A stretch of 64,000 nt of DNA, taken from positions 1-64,000 of the IMG/VR virus record IMGVR_UViG_3300023174_005548. The stretch is one strand, 5' to 3'. Origin of the DNA: a virus. The position numbers and the translations under genes are program-made. The notes under the pieces are model-generated. The model searched no databases and had not been told where the DNA came from. It saw only the letters and a program-made list of their open reading frames with translations. This document shows, piece after piece, positions 48,696-58,762 of the stretch (position 1 is its first letter; the number at the start of each line of letters is the position of its first letter).

Positions 48696-50393
48696 TTATA
48701 ATAGTATTTTGGCCGGTAAAAATACAGGAGAAGTGTCTCTTGATGAATTTTGTATAGAATAAGCTAAGGCAGAAGTGCTACTTTTTGTATATCCTTCTTT
48801 AACTTGATCAAAATTATAAGATTCATTCATGAGTATATAGCTTTGATTTGCATAAACAGTCTTTAATATATTTAATGTTTCTCTAGTATCTGATTTTGCT
48901 CGATCAGTAACAGTATCACTTAAAAACTCAGACGTTGAATTAATATTAACTGTTGCTAATTTTTTTGCATCTCCAAGTTCATAAACAATATAAAAACCAT
49001 TAATATTATAAGTGGGTCTTGGTTTGAAAAGGTCTATTTTAGGTTCATAAGATATTTCGAAAGAATTTGATTTTGTTACTTTTTCAGTTAAAGAAGGAGT
49101 AATGTTATCTTTATCATCAAAAGTCGCAGAAACTGTTATTTCACCTTTTTCTGGATTTTTAGTTACATTAAAGCTTCTCCAATTAGGATTTAAATTAATA
49201 TTAGAACCAATACCCAAAGTATTTTTTAATGGAATATATGCAGAATTATTTGCTATATAATATAAATAACTTTGAACACTTCCAAAATTAAATACTATAT
49301 CATCAAGATAATTTAAAGCTGACTCATATCTTTCTTTTAAATTTCCTTTTGTTATAATTGGACCAGAGATTGTTACTGAAGTAATTGATGTTACTTCATC
49401 TTTATTAAAATCTGTTGTAAAGTCTAAATATGGCGCAGCGGATGTAGCGTAATCCCCTTGAATAACATCTGTATTATATGAAGCTGAAAAACTAACAGTC
49501 CTAGCTTCGCGATCCTCTTGAAATGACATTGTGATTGGTTTTGTATTTAATGGTCCACCAAAATTTCCCGTGCATATTCCATAAAGATCTAAAGCTTTTG
49601 CATAGTTAACTAAATTATTAAAGTTAGATCTCTTTGCGCCTTGAATTGAGCCTTGGACCGATATATCATCAAAATCTGTATTAATACTTTTATTTATTGT
49701 TGTTGTATATCTTGTAAAATAGCTTGGATTTACATATGGATCATTAGAGATATCTACTTTATAGCTTTCTTGAACACTATACGTTCCATTTAAACGATTT
49801 AAATTTTCACTAAAAGATAATAAAAGTGGGGTATAATTGGTATTACTAATATTAATAGGCAGAACAGTCGGATCATAACCAGTAAGTGAATATACGTAGT
49901 TTCTTGCATTATTTATTGCTGAATTAGTACTTGTATTTATGCCTTTAGCTGAAACAGTATGACTTATTGCTACTGATTTATCCTCGCCTTCAGTAAAGGT
50001 ATATTCATTAGTTGGATCCATTATCCCATAAACGCCAGAAAATAGTCCACTTTCATAACAATCTAATTCAATTGAATAATTTAATAATTTAACATATTTA
50101 GATTGATCAAAGTTAATACCTCTTACTATACAAGCATCGGCGTTAAATAAATTTTTACCATCTTCAATTATATTTAATTTTTTAAAATCTCTAGAAAATC
50201 CACTTATAAGTTTATTTTGACCCGTAATTAATTGACCAAAATCATTTGGACAAGTTCCTGTTATTTGACCTTGTAAAACAATTTTTGTAATTTGACCAAA
50301 ACGATCAGCATAATTTATAATTTCTTGATTCCTAGATACAAAAGGAATAGGGTCATTAAAAGTAAAATTATCATACGTTATTTGAATACTCAT
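48696..50393 (-). CDS. Tail tip structural protein, paralog B
   Basis: Internal repeats; co-linear similarity with 50390-52081. Confidence 0.6.
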   Translation of the reverse strand: MSIQITYDNFTFNDPIPFVSRNQEIINYADRFGQITKIVLQGQITGTCPNDFGQLITGQNKLISGFSRDFKKLNIIEDGKNLFNADACIVRGINFDQSKYVKLLNYSIELDCYESGLFSGVYGIMDPTNEYTFTEGEDKSVAISHTVSAKGINTSTNSAINNARNYVYSLTGYDPTVLPINISNTNYTPLLLSFSENLNRLNGTYSVQESYKVDISNDPYVNPSYFTRYTTTINKSINTDFDDISVQGSIQGAKRSNFNNLVNYAKALDLYGICTGNFGGPLNTKPITMSFQEDREARTVSFSASYNTDVIQGDYATSAAPYLDFTTDFNKDEVTSITSVTISGPIITKGNLKERYESALNYLDDIVFNFGSVQSYLYYIANNSAYIPLKNTLGIGSNINLNPNWRSFNVTKNPEKGEITVSATFDDKDNITPSLTEKVTKSNSFEISYEPKIDLFKPRPTYNINGFYIVYELGDAKKLATVNINSTSEFLSDTVTDRAKSDTRETLNILKTVYANQSYILMNESYNFDQVKEGYTKSSTSALAYSIQNSSRDTSPVFLPAKILL

Positions 50394-52081
50394 ATCATTT
50401 TAATCCCACTATTAAATGCATCAACATATGAAGTATAATTAATTCCAACATTAAAATTCAAATTAAAATCAGAATTAAAAGAATAATCACTTTTTGTTAC
50501 AAAGGCTTCTTGAGCTGGAACATTAGGAAAATCTTTTGCTAGTTCTTGGACTGCTACTATTTTTAAAGAACTCAATATAGCGTCTGATACAGGATTTGTT
50601 GAATATATTGAAGCATTTGGTCTTTCTACAACGCACTCTAAATTCACTGTTCTTTCGCCGAGTTCAGTTTGACCTCCTGCATTTAAAAATACAGCTTTGT
50701 TAGGTATAACGTATTGATTATAAATATGCTTTGGCGATGCATCAGATTTTTTAACAATTAATTTTTTAATACCACTTATGTTTGTGTTGTAAATTCTATC
50801 ATCAGAATATTTTAATGAATAATTTAAAGCGTTACCATAACGAGGAAAGGTCATCGTTTTTTCTAAAGAATTTAATTTTTTATTATAACCTTGAAAACTA
50901 TAAAATTGATCTATTTTGCCGCTTGCACTTGCAAATACTCCATTCATATAATTTTGTAATAAATAATTAGTTACAAAGTTGTTTGATTTATTTCCATATA
51001 TTCTTATACTGCCATTTTCTTGGACTTCTACAACTTCAAGATTATTTTGACTTAGCGTTAATGTTGCTTGGCGAGTATATCCACTTACTGTAAAAATTGG
51101 ATTATTTGTGTATTTGATTGAATATCCTGCATCACCATTAAATGTATTAAAATTTCTATTTACTTCAATTCCAGTATTAACTAAACTATAGTAATTACCC
51201 AAATTGTTTGAACTTCCATATGAAGTTAATAGTGCGTTACATCTATTATAACTTTTAGCTAATTCAGTTTCTACAGCGCCAGATGCAGTTGCAAATCTTG
51301 GTTCTTTTAATCCTCTAATATTACCTTGCTCGCTTACATCTATATTTCCATCTGCTCCTAAACTTAAGCTTTGAGATAAGGTTAATGTATAATCTCCAGA
51401 ATAATTATTATAAAGAGTGAAATTTTTGGTGAATGAACAATCATTAGTTATAAGATTGTAATTTTCTGTGAAATATTTTTTACCAGTTTTAATATAAAAA
51501 CCAGAATATTTAGAATCAATAAATCCTATAGGTGGAGTTGTATTAAATATTCCAGAAGCAAGATTTTTCGCTAATTGAATTGGACTTGTATAGTTATCTG
51601 CTTTTCTATATCTAATGTTTAAATTATGGCTATAATTATAACCATCATCTTCGTTAATATTAAAAGCAAAAGTTTCATCAAAAGCTTCTAGTAAGCTAGT
51701 TGTACCACTTAATACACCACTAATTCCAGTATATAAAGTTCCACTTAAATTATAAAGATCATTAGCGCCACTAGTTAAAACATTAAAACTAATTGTATGA
51801 GTATCGAGTCTAATTGGATTATTTGTATCGAAACTTATTGAAGTAATTGTAGCTGGACCAAGATTTACTCCATTAACAATAATATTTTCTCTTTCATTTA
51901 AACTTCTAATCATTCCGCTTTGAAGTGCAAGATTACCAGAAACGCCTTGAGTATTAGTAGATTGTAAAAAGAAACCTTCTACAGTATAATTTTTAGTTGA
52001 ATTGAGTCGAAAATTATCACCAAGGAAATTGTTTTGATGGCTATATGTTAAAAGTCTTGCTCCGGTAATTGTATAGCTCAT
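50390..52081 (-). CDS. Tail tip structural protein, paralog A (distal-tail position)
   Basis: Lies directly after the TMP; co-linear similarity with 48696-50393. Confidence 0.6.
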   Translation of the reverse strand: MSYTITGARLLTYSHQNNFLGDNFRLNSTKNYTVEGFFLQSTNTQGVSGNLALQSGMIRSLNERENIIVNGVNLGPATITSISFDTNNPIRLDTHTISFNVLTSGANDLYNLSGTLYTGISGVLSGTTSLLEAFDETFAFNINEDDGYNYSHNLNIRYRKADNYTSPIQLAKNLASGIFNTTPPIGFIDSKYSGFYIKTGKKYFTENYNLITNDCSFTKNFTLYNNYSGDYTLTLSQSLSLGADGNIDVSEQGNIRGLKEPRFATASGAVETELAKSYNRCNALLTSYGSSNNLGNYYSLVNTGIEVNRNFNTFNGDAGYSIKYTNNPIFTVSGYTRQATLTLSQNNLEVVEVQENGSIRIYGNKSNNFVTNYLLQNYMNGVFASASGKIDQFYSFQGYNKKLNSLEKTMTFPRYGNALNYSLKYSDDRIYNTNISGIKKLIVKKSDASPKHIYNQYVIPNKAVFLNAGGQTELGERTVNLECVVERPNASIYSTNPVSDAILSSLKIVAVQELAKDFPNVPAQEAFVTKSDYSFNSDFNLNFNVGINYTSYVDAFNSGIKMI

Positions 52082-52095
52082 AAATATATTTTATT

Positions 52096-55000
52096 TTATC
52101 CTGTAACGGTATTACTAGCTCCTGATTCTCTCGTTGGAGGGCCTTTTAATTTTGCCATGATTCCGGGGGCAAGTTGTTCTACGGCTTTTTGAATTGCATC
52201 CATTGTTTTTTGACTTAATTGATCGCTTGCTGTTTCTATTGAACCTTTAACTTCTACTGAAATTGGAGTGAAAGCTACATTTACTTCGCTCTTTGATTCT
52301 GTAGTAGCTTTTGTATTTTTATCTATTGCATCTGCTAATTTTTGACTTTTATCGCCTTGGCCTTGATCATTTTGATTACTTGATAATGGTCTTCCCTTTT
52401 GTTGTCTTTCTATCTCTTGCGCTGGACGCTCTCTCATCCCAGCTTCTTTTCCTGCGGTTCCGGCTGCTTTTTGTTGATCTCTTAATGTATTTAAATTTTT
52501 ATCTAATTGCGTACGTTGTCTATTAGATTCTGGATCATTTTTTCCAGCAAGAGCATCTCTTTTTTTCAAGATTTCTTCTTGTGCTGCATTATTTTGTTTA
52601 ATAGAATTATTAACTTGAGGCGTTGTAAGATTATTTCCGGTATTTGAATTTCCACTAGCAGCGTAAGTTCCTGCGGTTATAGGAGTTGCCGAGGATGGTC
52701 CTGCTCCAATATTTGCAACATTATTTTTCTTTTTCGCTTGTTTTTCTGCATAAGCGTCTGCAACTGGATCAAATCCTCCTTGCGCACTACTTCTATATCT
52801 TTCTAAATCTTTTTCGGTTTTAAAAAATTGATCTCTATAAAGAAATGGAGTAACTTCATCAGTGGCGCCTTCAGCAAATTTTTTGACAAGTTCAGAATTA
52901 GAGAGTGGTTTAGGTTTTGGTTCTTTATATTCATTCGCAATAGTATCTTTGGGGAAAATACCCGTTCTAAATTGTTGTTCTAAATCAGCACTTTCTTTTT
53001 CTTTTCTTTTATTCATCTCAATTTGTTGTTCTTTTGTCATTGTTGGCGCGTGGACCATTTTATATCTTTCTTCTTTTGTTGGAATAGGAGTACCATCTGG
53101 ATAATATTGTCTATTACCCTCTGCAGGTGTTGCGTTAGTTACTGTAGACGTTGGATTAGTTGCTATAGATGTTGCTACTGTTTGCTTATTCATTGTCGTT
53201 GATGCTTGATCTATTCCTTGTTGAATTCCACCTGTTGTTTGACTTTCCACTCCGCCTTTGGCAAGAGCTGCTACGTTAGTATTAATTTCTGCTACATAAT
53301 CTTCTAATTTAAATTGATTGTCAAATTGTTTTTGCGCCATGCTCTCAGCTTCAGCTGCTGCATCTCTAGCAATTTGAGCAAGATCTTTATTTCCAGCCCC
53401 TTCTGCTTGAGACGCAATATCATTAAACATTTGCTTTTTTTGAGCTGCCATTGCTGGAACAACTTTATCTCTTAATGATTTATTTAATTTATCGCTACCT
53501 AATCCTCCAGTAAGTTCTTGCAATGACATTCCGGCTTGAAGACTTCCACGAGCCTCCATCATTCCAAGACCAGTTTTTCTTCCTGCTTGCATTCCTTGCA
53601 AACCTTGAGTAAATTTTTCGAGTGGATCTTTTAATGTTTCTGGATTTAAGAAGCCTTCTATTCCACCTCCACCTTTTAATAGTTTTTGATCTCGTAGTTG
53701 TTGTAGTTGAGCTTTTAATTGATCTTTAGCAATTTGAATTTGTTCTTGTCTATCTACTTCTGCTTTTGCGGCTTCTGCTCTTGCTTCTTGTATAATAACA
53801 CCATTTTGAACTGCAAGTTTTTGAAGATCAGGTAATTCTAAGTTTCCTTCTCCAGCTAATTCTTGGAATTTATTACTAACTTGATCTGCTGTTCCTCCGC
53901 TTTTTATAATATTACTGATTTGACCTCTTGCTCCTTTAAGTTTTTCGATTTCCTTGGTAACTGCTTCTCCACCTCTACCTTCAGATTTTTTTAATTCTTC
54001 AATTTGATTATCTATAGAAGTTGTAAGTTGATTGGTCATCTCTTCTATTGCTTTGTTGTTGGATTCTTGAACTTTTATTCCGTAATCATTATTTGCTTGA
54101 TTAGCTGTTACTTGAGCATTTCCTCTCGCCATAGACTCTTCTGTAATGAATGGTTGTTTTGTTTGAAGTCTTGATTTTTCTGCTTCAGTTGCAATTCTAT
54201 TCATTGAGCTTTGCCTATATGTTGCTAATTTTTTTTCTTCCATTGAAGCTTTTAATGTTGCGGCTGTTCTAATTTCAATTGCTTCTGCAGCTGCTTTTTC
54301 CGCTTCTATTTGTTTTCTGGTATTAATAATTTTTTGTTCCTCGTCAGCTAATCGTTTTTTTTGTTCTGCAGATAACTTATTTAAGTTGTCATTAGCTTTA
54401 GTAGTAGTCTTAGCTACATTTACTAATGCATCAGTTAACATTTTAAAATCTGCTACGCCATCTGCGCTCTCGTTATTAAGAATTGCTTGGGCTGACACTA
54501 ATTGATCTGCACTTGCGCCATAACGTTTAAGAGTCGCGAGCCACTGCTCGCCACTTTGATCAGCTTTTATTACGCCAGACGCTAAATCTTTAGCGAATTG
54601 TGGATCTAAACCTTTGAAAATATCACTAGCTCTTTCAGTTGCTAACTGTTCTCCAAATTGACTTCCAGTAAATATTCCTTTATCTTTCTTTCCCTGCACT
54701 TTATCTTTACCAAAATTTACGCTTAATTCAGCTAAAGCTACTAGAGGTGCAAATGTAGATAATGCACCACCTGCTGCCGTTGCTTTAGCTCCTTTTGTTG
54801 ATTTTCCAGTTAAACCTAATTTATCATTCATATCTCTTACAAAATCACCAATAAAATTTCTAGTCTTTCCTTGTTTTTCTACATCTTTAGCTAAATCTGC
54901 TGCGCTTTGTTTTTGCATTGCTTCTTTTCGTTTTGCAGCTAAAGCTTGACCCATTATATCTTGCATTTCAGTTAAATTTTTTGCTGAAGCGTATTGTTCT

Positions 55001-58000
55001 CTATATTGGTTAGGTAAATCTAAAAGTGCTTCTTGTAATTTTTGTTGAGCTTTAATTATATCTTGTGCGCTTGATGCGCTATTACTAGTTATTTCAGTTA
55101 ATTTTTCAAATGCTTGAGCGTAAGCTTGACTAGCATCACTTAATTTATTTAAACCTTCGGCTGCTAATTCACCATTTTTTATTATATCACTAAGTGCTGC
55201 AGCTTTAAAAGAATCTTTAATTGAATCTATTGCTTGAACTACGCCAACTATAGCTCCAACAACTAATCCTACGTGGCCCGGAATTACGGTTGCAATTGAT
55301 GAAAATGTTGAGGCACCTTGTGAAATTCCTGATATTATATTTCCAAATGCACTTTTACCATCTCTATTAAATGTTTCAACTACTCCTTGTAATGTTGAGA
55401 ATGCAAAAGATGCAGCTAACATTTTAGCTTGCAATCCTCTCATTGCTTTACTAGAACTAGCTGCGGATGCTGCAGCTGCAGCTCCGCCACTTGGGGCAAA
55501 ATTAGGTATAAATCCTCGCGCTAAAGTCTCTTGTGCCATTTTAGAATTTTTAATAGCATTATTTATTCCTTCTGGATGATCTCTTTTAACTGCAGAGAAA
55601 TTAGATTGAGTATTTTTATCTCTAACATATAATCCAATACCTTCTTGAAAATCAAGCGCAGGATTTCCACCCATCTTTTTTTCTGTTTCCATTGCATCTT
55701 TAATAGAAGCGAAATTAGGAATAAAACCTTTCGCTAAGTATTCTACTGGTATATTTTTAATTCCAGCTAATTGAGCTAATTCAAATCTATGATTTCCATC
55801 TTTTACTTCAGAATATAATTCTGGATATTGTTTAATTAAAATTGGTTGCTTTTTTAAAAATTGATAAAGTTTTTTCTTATTTTGTTTAGAAGAAAATAAT
55901 TGAGTTAAATTTTGTTTAGTTATAGGACCAGAATAATTGATTCCCATTAAAGATATTAAGTTTGATAAACCTTGAGCAGTTGATTTATTTGATCTTCCAA
56001 CAAAACCTCCTCGCTGAATATGTTTATTTGCATTAAATACTGCAAAATTAGGAATAAAACCCTTAGCTTTTTTAGCTGCTATTAATTTATCAAGAGGACT
56101 TGTGCCAGATGGATTTCGTGCTGTTATTGTTCTTTGATCTCCAACCAAAAGATTTTGTCTATATTCTTGTAATGTTTTCTTTGCTGAACTTAATGATTTT
56201 CCTTTAATTGCCTCTTTTTCTCCTTGTCGAATAATATCTAAATTTGGAAGTAATGTATCTAAATCTTTTTTAATTTTATCACTCATGCTACCGCGATTTG
56301 TTTTACTTCCACTTACTTTAAAATCTGCTACATTATAATTTCCGGGAAAATATTTTCTAACTTTTGCAATATTAGATGAATTTCTAACATCAAAATCTCC
56401 ACCATCTGAAGCAGCTGCTTTAACTCCTAAAGCTTCTCCTGTACCAACTTCAAATGCTGCTCCAATAAAAGCTTGTAAGGCTCCATATGCACCTTTATAT
56501 TTAGAATTTTTTGAAAATAAACCTACTAATGAATCTGTAGTAATTTTTTGTGCTGGGGGTTTATATCCAATAGAATTTATATAATTTGTTGCACCATCTA
56601 ATACCATTCTTGAAATTTTATCAATTGCCTCTTTACTGTTAAATTGTTGATATATAGATTTTTCAGACTCTACGCCAGCTTTACTCAAAGGAATAATTGG
56701 ATATTGTAAAGTAGCATCTTTATATTTTAAAGTACCAACGCTCTGGTCGCCTTCAGCAATTAACATCGCAGGATTTATTTTTCTATAAGCTGCATAAATA
56801 TTTTTTTGCATTTTTTCTTGGTTACTTTTTGCAAAATTTGGTACAAATCCCAAAAACTTTAATTTATCATAATATTCTTTTTGTCTTTTATCGCCAATTG
56901 AACCATACGTTGGAATAACTGCAGAATCACCATTACGTCCAGCACCCACAACTTCTATTTCTTTATTATTTTTTATGAACTTTTTACCACCAATAGTTCC
57001 TTGAGAAATTTGTGCACGTGGATTAACTGCGCCCATACTTCTTGCATTTTGCTCTTCTTCTCCAAAAAGATTAGGTATAAATCCACCAGATCTAACTTGG
57101 AGTGTTCCTTTACCTGCTCCAGTTTTTCCTATAGAAACTCCAGCTGCTGATAATGAAGCTGCAAGAGATTTTGCAAGAGTAACTTGCTGTTGCATGGCAA
57201 GAGTTTGAGCTTTAATTGTATTTAAAATAGATAATTGAACTGCTTCGACTGTAGTTTGTCCACTAGCAATTTGAGTAATAATTTGTGGATTTTTACTCAA
57301 TAAAGTAGTAATTTGCTCTTGAATTTGTGCTTGTTCTGCTGCTTGCGTATTTAATCCTAAAAGAGTTTTAACTGCATCCGCTGAGAATGTTGTTAATCTT
57401 TCAAAAATAGTGAATAAAGCTCTAGCGCCAACTATTAATCCCGGTCCACTTAAAAAGTTTCCTAATCCTCTAAGTAAACCTTCTCCAATTTTATTTCCAA
57501 CATCTTCACTATCTCCACCAGTAAAACTTTCTAAAGCAGTATTTAATCCACCCATAACTTTTTTCAAAGCAGGAGCAAGACTTAATTCTCCAATTTTTGC
57601 ACCAGCTGCAGTTAGATTAGCTAATGTTTTATTTAAAGTGGCTGCAAGAGTTGTATTTAATTGTTCATTTCGTTTTATAGCTTCATTACTTGCTCCACTA
57701 GAAATAGATAATGCTTGAGAATAAATAGAATATTCTTTACTTAAATCTCCTAAAGCAGCTTTTAAAATATTAATTTGGAAAACGCCACCAACTTGTTCCG
57801 CGATAGAAGATTTTTGTCTGTCGTTTAGAGTATCATATTTATTTGCTAATTCAGTTAAAATATCAATAACTGGTCTAGTATTTCCAGCTAATGTTTGAGT
57901 TTCAATTCCTAATTGTTGCAAAGCATCTAAAACTTTTGGCCTTTCTAATCTTGTAAAAATTGTTTTGAAGCTGTTACCGATAACTGCACCACCTCGCGCA

Positions 58001-58725
58001 GTAATTTGTTGAGCAGAAGTAACAATCGCAAGCAATTGATCGAAACTAACTCCAGCATCTTCTGCGCTACTTCCTACTCGTTTAATGGCTTCAGCAAGAT
58101 CTCCAGAACTAACAGCAAAATTAGCATCAACTGCTGCTAGTTTGTTAATAATATCTGTTGATGATAATGCTGCTTTTTGGAAACCGTTAAGACTCGCTGT
58201 AATTGCATTTACCGATTCTGCTGCCCCTAAACCAGAAAGACGAGTTAATATAAGTGCATCTTGTGTTCTTTTTAAAGTTTCAGTAACTCCAAGACCTTGT
58301 CGAGATAATTCCGTTGCAGCTGCAGCTACAGTTGAAAATGTATTTCCTGTATTTTTAGCAATATTAAAAAGATTTGTTCCAAATTCATTTAAACTTTTGC
58401 TACTTAAATTTAATATAACATTAATATCTACAAGAGCTTTTTCTACTTCAATTGCGGCTTTAACGCTTTCAGAAAGAGCTTTTTCAACTGCGTAAATTGC
58501 ACTAGCAGAGGCACCGAACGCAATAACACGAGCATTAGATGCTTCTAATGATTTTTCAAACTCACCTAATTGACCTTTAATTTTACCTAAAGGAGCAGAA
58601 ATACCTCCTCCTTTTGTAGTTAAATTAAGAGTATATGGCTGACTAACTAGGGCGTTAATCTGCTTTTGAGCAGCCCTAATATTCGCTACTACATCAATAT
58701 CTAGTTGATTTCTACCTTGTGCCAT
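52096..58725 (-). CDS. Tape measure protein (TP901-like core) with internal cargo domains
   Basis: 2209 aa. N-terminal TMP core (ELSRQG, DKLAAVD-like NKLAAVDANFAVSS.DLAEA, G..IGNSFKTIFTRL), TM-like segment, coiled coils; downstream of tail tube and chaperone genes. Confidence 0.92.
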   Translation of the reverse strand: MAQGRNQLDIDVVANIRAAQKQINALVSQPYTLNLTTKGGGISAPLGKIKGQLGEFEKSLEASNARVIAFGASASAIYAVEKALSESVKAAIEVEKALVDINVILNLSSKSLNEFGTNLFNIAKNTGNTFSTVAAAATELSRQGLGVTETLKRTQDALILTRLSGLGAAESVNAITASLNGFQKAALSSTDIINKLAAVDANFAVSSGDLAEAIKRVGSSAEDAGVSFDQLLAIVTSAQQITARGGAVIGNSFKTIFTRLERPKVLDALQQLGIETQTLAGNTRPVIDILTELANKYDTLNDRQKSSIAEQVGGVFQINILKAALGDLSKEYSIYSQALSISSGASNEAIKRNEQLNTTLAATLNKTLANLTAAGAKIGELSLAPALKKVMGGLNTALESFTGGDSEDVGNKIGEGLLRGLGNFLSGPGLIVGARALFTIFERLTTFSADAVKTLLGLNTQAAEQAQIQEQITTLLSKNPQIITQIASGQTTVEAVQLSILNTIKAQTLAMQQQVTLAKSLAASLSAAGVSIGKTGAGKGTLQVRSGGFIPNLFGEEEQNARSMGAVNPRAQISQGTIGGKKFIKNNKEIEVVGAGRNGDSAVIPTYGSIGDKRQKEYYDKLKFLGFVPNFAKSNQEKMQKNIYAAYRKINPAMLIAEGDQSVGTLKYKDATLQYPIIPLSKAGVESEKSIYQQFNSKEAIDKISRMVLDGATNYINSIGYKPPAQKITTDSLVGLFSKNSKYKGAYGALQAFIGAAFEVGTGEALGVKAAASDGGDFDVRNSSNIAKVRKYFPGNYNVADFKVSGSKTNRGSMSDKIKKDLDTLLPNLDIIRQGEKEAIKGKSLSSAKKTLQEYRQNLLVGDQRTITARNPSGTSPLDKLIAAKKAKGFIPNFAVFNANKHIQRGGFVGRSNKSTAQGLSNLISLMGINYSGPITKQNLTQLFSSKQNKKKLYQFLKKQPILIKQYPELYSEVKDGNHRFELAQLAGIKNIPVEYLAKGFIPNFASIKDAMETEKKMGGNPALDFQEGIGLYVRDKNTQSNFSAVKRDHPEGINNAIKNSKMAQETLARGFIPNFAPSGGAAAAASAASSSKAMRGLQAKMLAASFAFSTLQGVVETFNRDGKSAFGNIISGISQGASTFSSIATVIPGHVGLVVGAIVGVVQAIDSIKDSFKAAALSDIIKNGELAAEGLNKLSDASQAYAQAFEKLTEITSNSASSAQDIIKAQQKLQEALLDLPNQYREQYASAKNLTEMQDIMGQALAAKRKEAMQKQSAADLAKDVEKQGKTRNFIGDFVRDMNDKLGLTGKSTKGAKATAAGGALSTFAPLVALAELSVNFGKDKVQGKKDKGIFTGSQFGEQLATERASDIFKGLDPQFAKDLASGVIKADQSGEQWLATLKRYGASADQLVSAQAILNNESADGVADFKMLTDALVNVAKTTTKANDNLNKLSAEQKKRLADEEQKIINTRKQIEAEKAAAEAIEIRTAATLKASMEEKKLATYRQSSMNRIATEAEKSRLQTKQPFITEESMARGNAQVTANQANNDYGIKVQESNNKAIEEMTNQLTTSIDNQIEELKKSEGRGGEAVTKEIEKLKGARGQISNIIKSGGTADQVSNKFQELAGEGNLELPDLQKLAVQNGVIIQEARAEAAKAEVDRQEQIQIAKDQLKAQLQQLRDQKLLKGGGGIEGFLNPETLKDPLEKFTQGLQGMQAGRKTGLGMMEARGSLQAGMSLQELTGGLGSDKLNKSLRDKVVPAMAAQKKQMFNDIASQAEGAGNKDLAQIARDAAAEAESMAQKQFDNQFKLEDYVAEINTNVAALAKGGVESQTTGGIQQGIDQASTTMNKQTVATSIATNPTSTVTNATPAEGNRQYYPDGTPIPTKEERYKMVHAPTMTKEQQIEMNKRKEKESADLEQQFRTGIFPKDTIANEYKEPKPKPLSNSELVKKFAEGATDEVTPFLYRDQFFKTEKDLERYRSSAQGGFDPVADAYAEKQAKKKNNVANIGAGPSSATPITAGTYAASGNSNTGNNLTTPQVNNSIKQNNAAQEEILKKRDALAGKNDPESNRQRTQLDKNLNTLRDQQKAAGTAGKEAGMRERPAQEIERQQKGRPLSSNQNDQGQGDKSQKLADAIDKNTKATTESKSEVNVAFTPISVEVKGSIETASDQLSQKTMDAIQKAVEQLAPGIMAKLKGPPTRESGASNTVTG
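55495..57084 (-). repeat. Five GF[IV]PN[FL] peptide repeats in the TMP (57067-57084, 56830-56850, 56041-56061, 55708-55728, 55495-55515)
   Basis: SGGFIPNLF, LGFVPNFAK, KGFIPNFAV, KGFIPNFAS, RGFIPNFAP. Synonymous codons differ between copies. Confidence 0.9.
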
Positions 58726-58736
58726 ACTAATAAATA

Positions 58737-58742
58737 TTACAC
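58737..58742 (-). promoter_or_regulatory. GTGTAA motif, 11 nt before the TMP ATG
   Basis: Reverse complement aaaatatcgtgtaa-tatttattagt-ATG in a 37-nt intergenic gap. Confidence 0.55.
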
Positions 58743-58762
58743 GATATTTTAATTAATTATAG

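Noticed and set aside
55495-57084. GFIPNF repeats as DNA-level repeats (CRISPR, DGR or shufflon sites)
   Set aside because: Copies differ at synonymous positions, spacing is irregular and in frame, and no reverse transcriptase or invertase is in the window. Short microhomology between copies 3 and 4 could still help cassette swapping.
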